Part shown: piece by piece, positions 9,480 to 17,727 of the stretch
Layout of the letters: each line of letters begins with the position of its first letter
Position numbering within the stretch: position 1 is the first letter of the stretch
Position numbers and translations under genes: made by a program
The notes under the pieces: model-generated
Seen by the model: only the letters and a program-made list of their open reading frames with translations
Database searches by the model: none
Told to the model about the DNA's origin: nothing
Source of the DNA: Promethearchaeota archaeon
Lineage (GTDB): Archaea > Asgardarchaeota > Lokiarchaeia > Sigyniarchaeales > SOKP01
Direction: 5' to 3'
Assembly: GCA_016839745.1 (NCBI GenBank)
Contig: JAEOTS010000173.1
Span: 1-25,692, forward strand
Length of the DNA: 25,692 nucleotides

Positions 9480-9950
9480 ATGGAAGAATTTAAGATTGAT
9501 TTAAACGATTTAAAAGTTGACCAATTGGGATTTATATATAGAGATATAGAAAAACAAGCTAAGGTCTTCGAATCACTCTTCAATATACCGAAATTTGCAT
9601 TTATACCAGAATTTAACAATGATGTTAAATATAGGGGAAAAGATTCAATTGTAAAAGCAAAATATGCCATCAGTCGCCAATTTGATGTTCAATTTGAACT
9701 TACGGAACATGTTGAAGGGGACTGTCTCTACAAAGAATTTCTAGATCAGGGAAGGGAAGGCCTACATCATATAAGTCTATTTGTTGATGATTTGAATCCC
9801 CTCATTGAATACTTTAAAGAAAAAGGGTATGATGTAATTTATGCTGGTAGCATAGGGAAACAAAATTGGGTATTCTTTGATACAGAAGAAACACTTGGAT
9901 TGTTTCTTGAAGTACAAGAGACCAGAAAAAGAAGAAAAAAAACCAAATAA
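9480..9950 (+). CDS. VOC/glyoxalase superfamily protein (methylmalonyl-CoA epimerase-like)
   Basis: VDQLGFIYRDIEK, QFELTE, EFLDQGREGLHHI and FFDTEETLGLFLE. Confidence 0.8.
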   Translation: MEEFKIDLNDLKVDQLGFIYRDIEKQAKVFESLFNIPKFAFIPEFNNDVKYRGKDSIVKAKYAISRQFDVQFELTEHVEGDCLYKEFLDQGREGLHHISLFVDDLNPLIEYFKEKGYDVIYAGSIGKQNWVFFDTEETLGLFLEVQETRKRRKKTK

Positions 9951-10024
9951 ATCTATCAAATTTTATTTTTACATTCTAAATGATAATCTATTATTATAAT
10001 TTTCATACTACCTACACTATAAAT

Positions 10025-11104
10025 ATGGATTCTAAGAATATTTTAGGAATTGATATAGGAGGAGCAAATACTAAAGCTGCTCTAATTAAATTTAGAAATT
10101 CAGAAGTTTTCGAATCTTTTTCAATAATAGAATACTTTCCTTTCTGGGAAAAGACTTTAAATGATATTCCTAATATGTTTGTGAAAATTGTAGAAAATCT
10201 AATTATAAAAAACAATATAAATTTAGAAAATGTTGACTTTATCGCCATTACAATTACTGCTGAGCTCTCGGATGCGTTTCAGACTAAAAAGGAAGGAGTG
10301 CTCAGTATATTGGAAGCTTTAAAACAAGTTTTTGAAATTGAAAAAATGTTTTTTGTTAATAGTAACAATGAATTTATAAATTTCAACCAAGTCGAATCTA
10401 ATCCTATTTCAATTTCAGCAGCGAATTGGGTCTCAACTTCACTATTTTTAGGGAATTTCGTGCCAAACTGTATATTAATTGATGCGGGTTCAACCACTAT
10501 TGACATAATACCGATTTTAAATTCAGTACCAGTTGCTAAGGGGAAAAACGATATAGAACGGTTAATTAACCATGAATTGATTTACACAGGTGGTCTAAGA
10601 GCAACAATTCCTTCAATAACACACTTTGTCCCCTATAAAGAAAAGATGGTTAGGATTTCTTTTGAAAAATTTGCGCTTATTTCTGACGTACATAGAATAT
10701 TAAAAAACATTTATGAATCAGAATACATAAACGATACAGCGGATAATCGTTCTAAATCTTTAAACGATTGTTATGCTCGTTTAGCGAGGATGATATGTAT
10801 GGATTTAGACTCAATTTCAATAGAAGATTTAGACTCAATCGCACAATATATATATGACAAGCAAATCGAGATTGTTTTAAAGGAAATTCTAGAGTTTGTA
10901 AAAGGATTAACTGTAAGGCAACCTGATTTTAGCAGAAATCCTCGATTTGTTTTAACTGGACTATCCGCTGATTTTCTTATTAGACCTGCATTAAAAAAAA
11001 TAGGATATGAAAAAATTTTAAATTACGAGCTTTTGACTAATATTCCTGACCAAATTAGTTCTTCCGCGTTCGCTGTAGCGGGAGCATTTTACTTTCAATT
11101 ATGA
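10025..11104 (+). CDS. mfnF: MfnF-like hydantoinase/oxoprolinase-family methanofuran biosynthesis protein
   Basis: LGIDIGGANTK, ITAELSDAFQTKKEG, AANW, LIDAGSTTIDIIPI, ELIYTGGLRA and DTAD.RSK..CYARLARMIC. The likely start is ATG 10025 (MDSKNILG) rather than 9980. Confidence 0.8.
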   Translation: MDSKNILGIDIGGANTKAALIKFRNSEVFESFSIIEYFPFWEKTLNDIPNMFVKIVENLIIKNNINLENVDFIAITITAELSDAFQTKKEGVLSILEALKQVFEIEKMFFVNSNNEFINFNQVESNPISISAANWVSTSLFLGNFVPNCILIDAGSTTIDIIPILNSVPVAKGKNDIERLINHELIYTGGLRATIPSITHFVPYKEKMVRISFEKFALISDVHRILKNIYESEYINDTADNRSKSLNDCYARLARMICMDLDSISIEDLDSIAQYIYDKQIEIVLKEILEFVKGLTVRQPDFSRNPRFVLTGLSADFLIRPALKKIGYEKILNYELLTNIPDQISSSAFAVAGAFYFQL

Positions 11105-11856
11105 AATCAGAGGTTATTATGAAATCTAACCAAGCTCTCTTCAAAATTGGAGGAAAAATCATTGAAAACTCTAAAAACTTTGAGTCAACTATTTCTCAAC
11201 TCACTCAATTACACAAAAAAGAAATTCTTCAAAAAATTATCATTATCCCCGGCGGAGGATCTTACGCTAATTTTATTAGACTGTTAGAGACCGAGATTAA
11301 GCTAGGAGATGACCTCGCGCATTGGATGGCTATTTATTCAATGAATTATAATGGAATCGAAATGAAAAGAAAACATCCTGAACTAGATTTCATAGAAGAT
11401 TTCAAGGAGCTACAAGAAGCAAAAAAAAAAATCTGTATCTTTTTACCTTACACTTATCTCCACGAGATTGATGAGTTACCTCATAGATGGGATGTCACTT
11501 CAGATTCTATTGCCCACCACATTGCTTACAAATTACAGTTAAACCAATGTTTTCTGATAAAAGATGTAGAAGGACTTTTTAGTATTGATAACGAGCTGAT
11601 TAAAAAAATTACCACTCTACAATATTGCGAATTAAAAAAAAACAAACAGTTAACAGAATTCTCGGGAGATACCAATAGTTTAAAAAAGTCTAGGCCTATA
11701 GATTCATATTTATTAACTCTTATAGACGGAAATGGAATCCCCTGCTATTTATTAAATGGTAGTTCTAACCACCAAAGAATAATTGAGTTTTTCAATCCTA
11801 AAATTCCTGATGATAAGAAAACTTATACAAAAATTGTCAAAAGAAACAACTCTTAA
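11101..11856 (+). CDS. mfnE: MfnE-like amino-acid-kinase-family protein ([5-(aminomethyl)furan-3-yl]methyl phosphate kinase)
   Basis: FKIGG, IIPGGGSYANFIR, AHWMAI, LPHRWDVTSDSIA and KDVEG. The ATGA overlap with the mfnF stop suggests translational coupling. Confidence 0.75.
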   Translation: MKSEVIMKSNQALFKIGGKIIENSKNFESTISQLTQLHKKEILQKIIIIPGGGSYANFIRLLETEIKLGDDLAHWMAIYSMNYNGIEMKRKHPELDFIEDFKELQEAKKKICIFLPYTYLHEIDELPHRWDVTSDSIAHHIAYKLQLNQCFLIKDVEGLFSIDNELIKKITTLQYCELKKNKQLTEFSGDTNSLKKSRPIDSYLLTLIDGNGIPCYLLNGSSNHQRIIEFFNPKIPDDKKTYTKIVKRNNS

Positions 11857-11950
11857 ACTATGAATAACCTCAAATATTAGGTTAATTTTATCAAAATTAA
11901 AATATGTATATATTAATAATTTTAATTTTAAAAATAAAAGTGATATTATT

Positions 11951-12451
11951 ATGGATATCGAAGAGATGAAAGAGAATGCTGAATTTTTGATCAAAAATGT
12001 TAAGGGGGTAGAAATTCCAGGATCTGCTACAGTTAATGTTAGATATAAAACTTTAGTGAACTTTGCTAAAGTATATGGAATAACTGACCCAAAATACGTT
12101 GGTTCTGAAGAAGAGGGTATAGTAGCCTGCCATGCATTTGCCAACCTTTTCACGATCAAAGCGGTGTATAAATTACTCATAGGTTTTAATGTAGTTCAGG
12201 ATGGCAAAACGCGGGGAATAATGCTCGATCCTGGAAAATTGTTACACACAGGAAATCTTTATAATTGGGAAGGCTGTGTTGATGTCAAACCTGGTGATAA
12301 ATTAAAAGTTACTGGTTCATGTGAAGATGTATGGCTAAATGAGAAAAATATGATACTATTTTATAAATTCTTAGTTAAGGTAAAAAATCAAAATGAAGAA
12401 CCCGTTTGCGATGTGGTACTTACAGCAGGGGTTAGGAAAGGAGGGTATTAA
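11951..12451 (+). CDS. MaoC/FAS1-dehydratase-like hotdog protein (degenerate catalytic motif)
   Basis: FAKVYGITDPKY, LLHTG..Y.W...VKPGDKL and NQNEEPVC, without the D-x4-H hydratase motif. Confidence 0.7.
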   Translation: MDIEEMKENAEFLIKNVKGVEIPGSATVNVRYKTLVNFAKVYGITDPKYVGSEEEGIVACHAFANLFTIKAVYKLLIGFNVVQDGKTRGIMLDPGKLLHTGNLYNWEGCVDVKPGDKLKVTGSCEDVWLNEKNMILFYKFLVKVKNQNEEPVCDVVLTAGVRKGGY

Positions 12452-12452
12452 A

Positions 12453-13001
12453 ATGGCAAAAATTTCTGATTATAATGTAGGTTATGTTGTAAAAGATCAA
12501 TTTGAGGGAGTTACTAGGGATTTACTGAGAACTTACGCAAAATCTTCTGGTGATACTAACCCCATCCATACCAATGATGTTGTGGCTGAACGAGCAGGGC
12601 TAAAGGGGATAATAGCACACGGTTTATTCTCAACGGGTTTAATTACAAAATTATTTGAAGACCACCTAGAACATGGGAAAGCAGGGAAATTAATAGAAGT
12701 TAATATTGAAATGCGGGGGATGGTAAGATGTGGAGATCTAATCATTACTGAAGCTACTGTTAATAAAATAGAAGGAAAGAGAGTGTTTTTTGATGTTGAG
12801 CAGCGAACAATCACAAAGGTTGATATCAAAGATAAAAATAACAATATTGTAGAACAATTTGAAGCAGGTGAAAGAGGATATATTTCTGAAAAAGACATCG
12901 AAAGAGGTTTAGTTAAAACAAAGGAAGTACCAGGAGGAATTCTTACATATCGGGAAAGAATTTCTACTCCAGGAACTGCAATAATTGAATTGTTTGAATG
13001 A
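12453..13001 (+). CDS. MaoC-family (R)-specific enoyl-CoA hydratase / dehydratase
   Basis: Intact hydratase-2 motif YAKSSGDTNPIH..AERAGLKGIIAHG. The start is ATG 12453, one nt after the upstream stop and preceded by GGAGG. Confidence 0.85.
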   Translation: MAKISDYNVGYVVKDQFEGVTRDLLRTYAKSSGDTNPIHTNDVVAERAGLKGIIAHGLFSTGLITKLFEDHLEHGKAGKLIEVNIEMRGMVRCGDLIITEATVNKIEGKRVFFDVEQRTITKVDIKDKNNNIVEQFEAGERGYISEKDIERGLVKTKEVPGGILTYRERISTPGTAIIELFE

Positions 13002-13161
13002 TTACTCATCCTTTAATTTATTATTTTTTTATCCAATTTTTTTTGTATTTAATCTCATTAATTTTAAAATAACAGAATTTTATGGTATTATTGAAAAACA
13101 TTTTTAAATATTAACAACAAGAAGATAATTGGTTTAAAATTAGAATTATACTAGTAAGCTC

Positions 13162-16071
13162 TTGACTATTATAAACCTAGACTCAAAAAAAGTTGAAGAT
13201 TTGATTTTAAGCGGTAGTTACGAAAAAGCCGCTGGTGAACTATTTGAAATTATCGAACACCCCGCGAATTCTGATAAAGAACTAATTTACGATAGTTTAA
13301 CGTTATTAAATAAAATCTGTGATAAATCTCCCGCAATTTCGTTAAGAACGGTTAAAAATTTGGCAAACACGATAAATGATCTTAACTCCTGGGTTAGACT
13401 AGTGTCTTTAGAAATTCTGTACCAGATTACTATGTATCGCCCGAATTTACTAATTGAACTCATGCACGAGATTAGATTACGGTTATTTGACCAAGAATCC
13501 TCTATTAGACGTTTAGCAGTAAAAATAATGGGAAATTTAATTCTCTCATTACACATCGATAGAGAGGAATTGCAAAACATTATCGAAGAATTTACGGAGA
13601 AATTAATGGATAATGACTGGAAAGTTAAACTTCAAGTTATTAAAACACTTAAAAAAATATTAAATCAAGATTTTACGAAGATTCGGGAATATGAGCCATT
13701 ACTATCTATTATAATCGTAAATTTAAGGGATGAAGATGACGATGTAGCAAGATCAGCAGCAGACCTCCTAAAAATTCTTGGTACGTATTTTCTATCCAAA
13801 GAAAAAATTACTTATGTTCTATTAAATCTTCTTTACAATGAGGAATCACGAGTTAAAGAGTTAATAATCTGGTTATTCGGAGAAATCGGAAAAGAAAAAT
13901 CATCAGAAATAATCCCTATTATTCCAAAATTGATAAATCTCTTAAAAGAGAATAACTATCGAATTCAACTCCGCGTCATTGATTCTCTTGTAACTATAGC
14001 GGAGAATAATTTTGATCAAATTTGGGCAAACCTAATTACTGCACTATACACAGGTGATACTGAATTTAGAAATATTGTTATTAACGCTCTCTATCATCTA
14101 TGTCAAAGTAATATTATGGAAATTTTCAATTATATTTTTGAAGAATTTGAAAATCCTTCAGAAAATGTTAGAGACGGGGTTGCACTCGTTTTTAAACGCC
14201 TTTATGAAGAGTATCAGGTAGAAATTGAGAATGAGATCACAAAGATTTTATATATGCTAGAATCTAAATATTGGCGCGAACGACAAAAAACAATAATTCT
14301 GCTAAGAAATATCTGCTTTATCTTAGAGAGTAAAAAAGTTGCAGTTTGGATTTTTATTGAATTGGAGAAAAATTTGAGAATTGAAAATGATCCAGATGTA
14401 AGTGAAGAAATTCTCTATACAATAAAGAATATTAAGGCAAATTTTCAAGACATTGATGAAACCATCCAGGAAGTTAACGAAGATCTGGACCTATTTTTCA
14501 AAAAAATTCAGGAATTCCAAAAAATACCTGCACAATTTCGAGAAAAAATGAATTTATACATTCAAGAATTCAAATTTCATCAAACTGAAATAGAGTTAGA
14601 TAAGATTTATCGTAAAATCCTAAATAAAATAAAGAAATTTAATAAAAGATTAAACAAATTCGAATACAAAAGGTTGGCTTTCAATTTAATAGAGGATTGG
14701 GAAGAGACTAAAGTCATGATAATGGACGAACTCAGCATTATTAAGGCTTTCATTTCAGAAGTGTTTGAAGAGAAGAAGGAAGAATTTACTTTAAATTTAA
14801 AATCAAAAATTAAACTTTTAGGAGATCGTATTAATATCTTGAAAGCTCAATACGAAGATATACAGGAATATAACTTTCTTGGTCATTTGGATGATTTATT
14901 AATAGAAAAAGTTGAAGATAAAGAACTTGAAGAGAAATTCACCCAAATTACGCAGCTAAGAAATTATATGTTTAAACTAGATGATGATATTCGTGAAATA
15001 TTAGTACAAAATGTAGAATTTAACGAGATTTTCAAAACGCTTTTAAGTAAATGGGTTGGTTTCAAAATTGAACTTCAAGAATTTCTAAGCGATTTAGATA
15101 GGAAAATAAAATCAACAAAAGATAAGATAGTAGAAGAAATCCAACGCTCTAATGGAACTGTTGAAACTCAAAAATTAAACTTGCTTTCTTCAGTATTATT
15201 CCAAGGTCATATTCAATCAATAATAACGCAAGGAATTGAAGGGCTTAAAAGATTCAACGATAACTTTGATAATTTAAAATTAAAATTAGAGACATTACTA
15301 AAGAAAAGCGAATTCTCAGATGTTAGAAAGCTAATACAGATGAATACTAATCAAATTCAAAATTATATTGAAGAATACGAAAATCAAATTGATAACCTAG
15401 TTGGAAAAATGACTGAAGATAATGACGTGTTCAATCTTTTTGCGAGACCATCAGTCACAAAATTTGTTTCATTTAAAGAAGTTCTAATCAATAAACTAAA
15501 AGCCTTCACCCTGAAAAGTATCGACGAGCTTACATTGAGTCAAATCAAGTATTACCTTGACGTCATAAATCCTATTAAATTAGAAAGTCTCGCCTCTTAT
15601 ATTGACATGGATATAAACCTATTGAAAGAAAAAATTGTAAAATTCGTGAATAAGAATAAACTCAATGCACGAATTATAAAAGATGAACTCTATTCTCCAA
15701 AAAGAGAAGACATTATTGAACCGAGAGATATCCTCTTTTTCAAAAACATTAAAACTCTTGGAAATAACTTATACTTTAACTTTAAACTAAATAACCCAAC
15801 AAATCTACTATTTTCAGATTTACAGATATCTCTCAAAACACCTGAATATCTAAGCTTTATTCGTAATGAAAGTTTCCCTAAATATCTCTATCTTAATGAA
15901 TTAAAACCCGGAAATGTGTTTAAATTTAATTATGTCTTAAAATTAAAGCATAACATTGAAAAAAATTTAGCTGATCCTTCAGTTGATGAAGTAAAACTTA
16001 ATATTTATTATAAGGATCCTTTCGATATCACTCGTAAAATTACAAAAAAAATTGATCTCCTTTTACCTTAA
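13162..16071 (+). CDS. Large HEAT-repeat / coiled-coil protein with PCI-like winged helix and C-terminal Ig-like domain
   Basis: HEAT signatures in the first ~420 aa (DLNSWVRLVSLEIL, DQESSIRRLAVKIMG, DNDWKVKLQVIKTL, DEDDDVARSAADLL, NEESRVKE, ENNYRIQLRVIDSL). A long E/K/L heptad-rich middle region follows, then IKLESLASYIDMD..LKEKIVKFV..NKLNARI and a beta-rich C-terminus. Confidence 0.7.
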   Translation: MTIINLDSKKVEDLILSGSYEKAAGELFEIIEHPANSDKELIYDSLTLLNKICDKSPAISLRTVKNLANTINDLNSWVRLVSLEILYQITMYRPNLLIELMHEIRLRLFDQESSIRRLAVKIMGNLILSLHIDREELQNIIEEFTEKLMDNDWKVKLQVIKTLKKILNQDFTKIREYEPLLSIIIVNLRDEDDDVARSAADLLKILGTYFLSKEKITYVLLNLLYNEESRVKELIIWLFGEIGKEKSSEIIPIIPKLINLLKENNYRIQLRVIDSLVTIAENNFDQIWANLITALYTGDTEFRNIVINALYHLCQSNIMEIFNYIFEEFENPSENVRDGVALVFKRLYEEYQVEIENEITKILYMLESKYWRERQKTIILLRNICFILESKKVAVWIFIELEKNLRIENDPDVSEEILYTIKNIKANFQDIDETIQEVNEDLDLFFKKIQEFQKIPAQFREKMNLYIQEFKFHQTEIELDKIYRKILNKIKKFNKRLNKFEYKRLAFNLIEDWEETKVMIMDELSIIKAFISEVFEEKKEEFTLNLKSKIKLLGDRINILKAQYEDIQEYNFLGHLDDLLIEKVEDKELEEKFTQITQLRNYMFKLDDDIREILVQNVEFNEIFKTLLSKWVGFKIELQEFLSDLDRKIKSTKDKIVEEIQRSNGTVETQKLNLLSSVLFQGHIQSIITQGIEGLKRFNDNFDNLKLKLETLLKKSEFSDVRKLIQMNTNQIQNYIEEYENQIDNLVGKMTEDNDVFNLFARPSVTKFVSFKEVLINKLKAFTLKSIDELTLSQIKYYLDVINPIKLESLASYIDMDINLLKEKIVKFVNKNKLNARIIKDELYSPKREDIIEPRDILFFKNIKTLGNNLYFNFKLNNPTNLLFSDLQISLKTPEYLSFIRNESFPKYLYLNELKPGNVFKFNYVLKLKHNIEKNLADPSVDEVKLNIYYKDPFDITRKITKKIDLLLP

Positions 16072-16118
16072 TATTTTATTCAATTTTTCGTCTTAGTTGA
16101 TAATAAAAATTGATCATT

Positions 16119-16160
16119 TATCGAAAAAATGAATAATTTATAACGAAAATATTAATATAA
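16119..16160 (+). promoter_or_regulatory. Putative selD1 promoter: two CGAAAA motifs 22 nt apart, the second acting as BRE before a TATA-like box
   Basis: TATCGAAAAAA (C at 16122) and TAACGAAAATATTAATATAA (C at 16144, 81 nt before the ATG). The same layout occurs upstream of selD2. Confidence 0.55.
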
Positions 16161-16224
16161 CCTTTGTATCTTTAAATTTACAATTAATTAAGGTAGTAAA
16201 ATATAGATAATAATCGTGAGGTGA

Positions 16225-17262
16225 ATGTTACAAGAAGAAGAGAGTTATCGATTAACGCTCCAAACGAAATTATTCGGATGAAACTGTAAACTCGATTCTA
16301 AGAAATTAGACACGCTTTTGGCTAATGCAGGGTTGAAAGGGGATATCGAAGATTCTGCAATTATACCGGTTCCAAACACTAATTTAGTAATGGTTAAGAA
16401 TATTGACATCTTTACACCAATTATCGATGAACCAGAAATAATGGGCGAAATAGCCGCAGTCAATGTAACTAATGATGTATTCGCGTTAAATGTCCCAGAA
16501 ATCTCAGGTATGCTTGTTTTTCTCGGGATGAAAAAGAATATGCCTATGCATGTCGCAGAAGGAATATTGATAGGTATAAGAAACTTTATCGAGAATAAAA
16601 TTGATTCAAAAGTACTTGGTGGCCATACGATCTACTCTGAATGGCCTCTTATTGGCGGAGAAGCTTCTGGATTTATCAATAAAGATAAAATAATTAAAAA
16701 GAACTACGTGAAAGAGGGGGATGCATTAATACTAACCAAACCCGTAGGAAATCAAGCAATCATGGCAGCATACCGATTACAGAAAAATAACCCTGATCTC
16801 TTAAAGGCTTTTTCTAAAGAAGAAATTGATGAATCGATAGATTTAGCCGTAGAGTATATGACTATGCCGCTTCAAAGCGTTGTAAAAGCAATTCACTCTT
16901 ATCAAGATATGTCTTTTGTGCACTCAATGACAGATGTTTCTGGATTTGGACTTTCAGGACATTTAAAAGAGATGCTTCAAAATTCAAATCTATCTGCTAA
17001 TATCAAGAAGGTTCCGATATTTAAACTTGCTAAAGAATTAGCGTATGAATTTGGATACAAATTTGACGAATGTGAGATGCCTGAAACTGCGGGTGGAATG
17101 CTACTTTCTGTGGATCGTAAGTACGCTGAAGAGTTCTCAGAACGACTCGACAACGAGTTTCATGTGTCTAATTGGATTATAGGAGAGATTGATAACATTA
17201 ATGAACCTAGACATGTTCGCGTTTCAAAAGATGTTGAATATGTCGAAATAACTGAAATATAA
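16225..17262 (+). CDS. selD: Selenophosphate synthetase (selenide, water dikinase), selenoprotein paralog 1; TGA 16279-16281 = Sec19; 345 aa
   Basis: GAGGTGA RBS directly before ATG 16225, giving MLQEEESYRLTLQTKLFG-U-NCKL in frame with the track ORF at 16318. Further motifs: EDSAI, NIDIFTP, NVTNDVFAL, GGHTI, LTKPVG, MTDVSGFGLSGHL and ETAGGML. A SECIS follows the stop. Confidence 0.95.
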
Positions 17263-17334
17263 CGATGTTAATGATGTAGGCTAAAACACTGCAAGTGACT
17301 GCCTATTGAAAAAATCCGTTGCACAACGGCATCG
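17263..17334 (+). promoter_or_regulatory. Eukaryote-type SECIS element in the 3' UTR of selD1
   Basis: Outer stem CGATG/CATCG, ATGA at 17271-17274, stem GTAGGC/GCCTAT, unpaired AAAA at 17283-17286, mini-stem CAC(T)/(A)GTG, GA at 17308-17309, and extra hairpin CCGTT-GCAC-AACGG at 17316-17329. Confidence 0.88.
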
Positions 17335-17367
17335 AATAGCTAATCCTTATTTTTCTTTTAAATTATT

Positions 17368-17508
17368 TTAATTTTTCGTTTTTTGTAAATTTCGTCTTTT
17401 CCACTCTTTTAAGTACCAATTCAAGAAGTCATTTGTGACTCCTAAAGAGTTTTTTTTTTGATTTTGGAAATCTTCTAATTTTTTCTGTTTTAACCGGAAA
17501 TTAAACAT
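17368..17508 (-). CDS. Putative 46-aa basic small protein between the selD paralogs
   Basis: ATG 17508 to TAA 17368 gives MFNFRLKQKKLEDFQNQKKNSLGVTNDFLNWYLKEWKRRNLQKTKN. A TATA-like TTTATAAATA lies on the minus strand at 17566-17557. Confidence 0.45.
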   Translation of the reverse strand: MFNFRLKQKKLEDFQNQKKNSLGVTNDFLNWYLKEWKRRNLQKTKN

Positions 17509-17620
17509 AAAACGAGATTGAGTAAGATTTACTTAGATAAACTCAAAATCAAACCGTATTTATAAAGTGATGTAGCATAAGAATATTACAATTCGAACTG
17601 ATATCGTTGCTATTATTACT

Positions 17621-17661
17621 TATCGAAAAAAATAATAAATATAATCGAAAAAATTAATAAA
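17621..17661 (+). promoter_or_regulatory. Putative selD2 promoter: two CGAAAA motifs 22 nt apart, the second acting as BRE before a TATA-like box
   Basis: TATCGAAAAAA (C at 17624) and TAATCGAAAAAATTAATAAA (C at 17646, 82 nt before the ATG). This mirrors selD1. Confidence 0.55.
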
Positions 17662-17727
17662 CATTAATTCATATCAAAATCGTATTAGAATTAAATAAAA
17701 ACGAATTTCGTAAAAAGTGTGAGGTGG

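Noticed and set aside
11421-11431. A11 homopolymer in mfnE as a programmed frameshift or phase-variation site
   Set aside because: The reading frame is intact with conserved motifs on both sides, and A-runs are common in this AT-rich DNA.
12393-12452. Track start of the second MaoC gene
   Set aside because: It overlaps the upstream gene by 59 nt. ATG 12453 has an RBS and directly follows the upstream stop.
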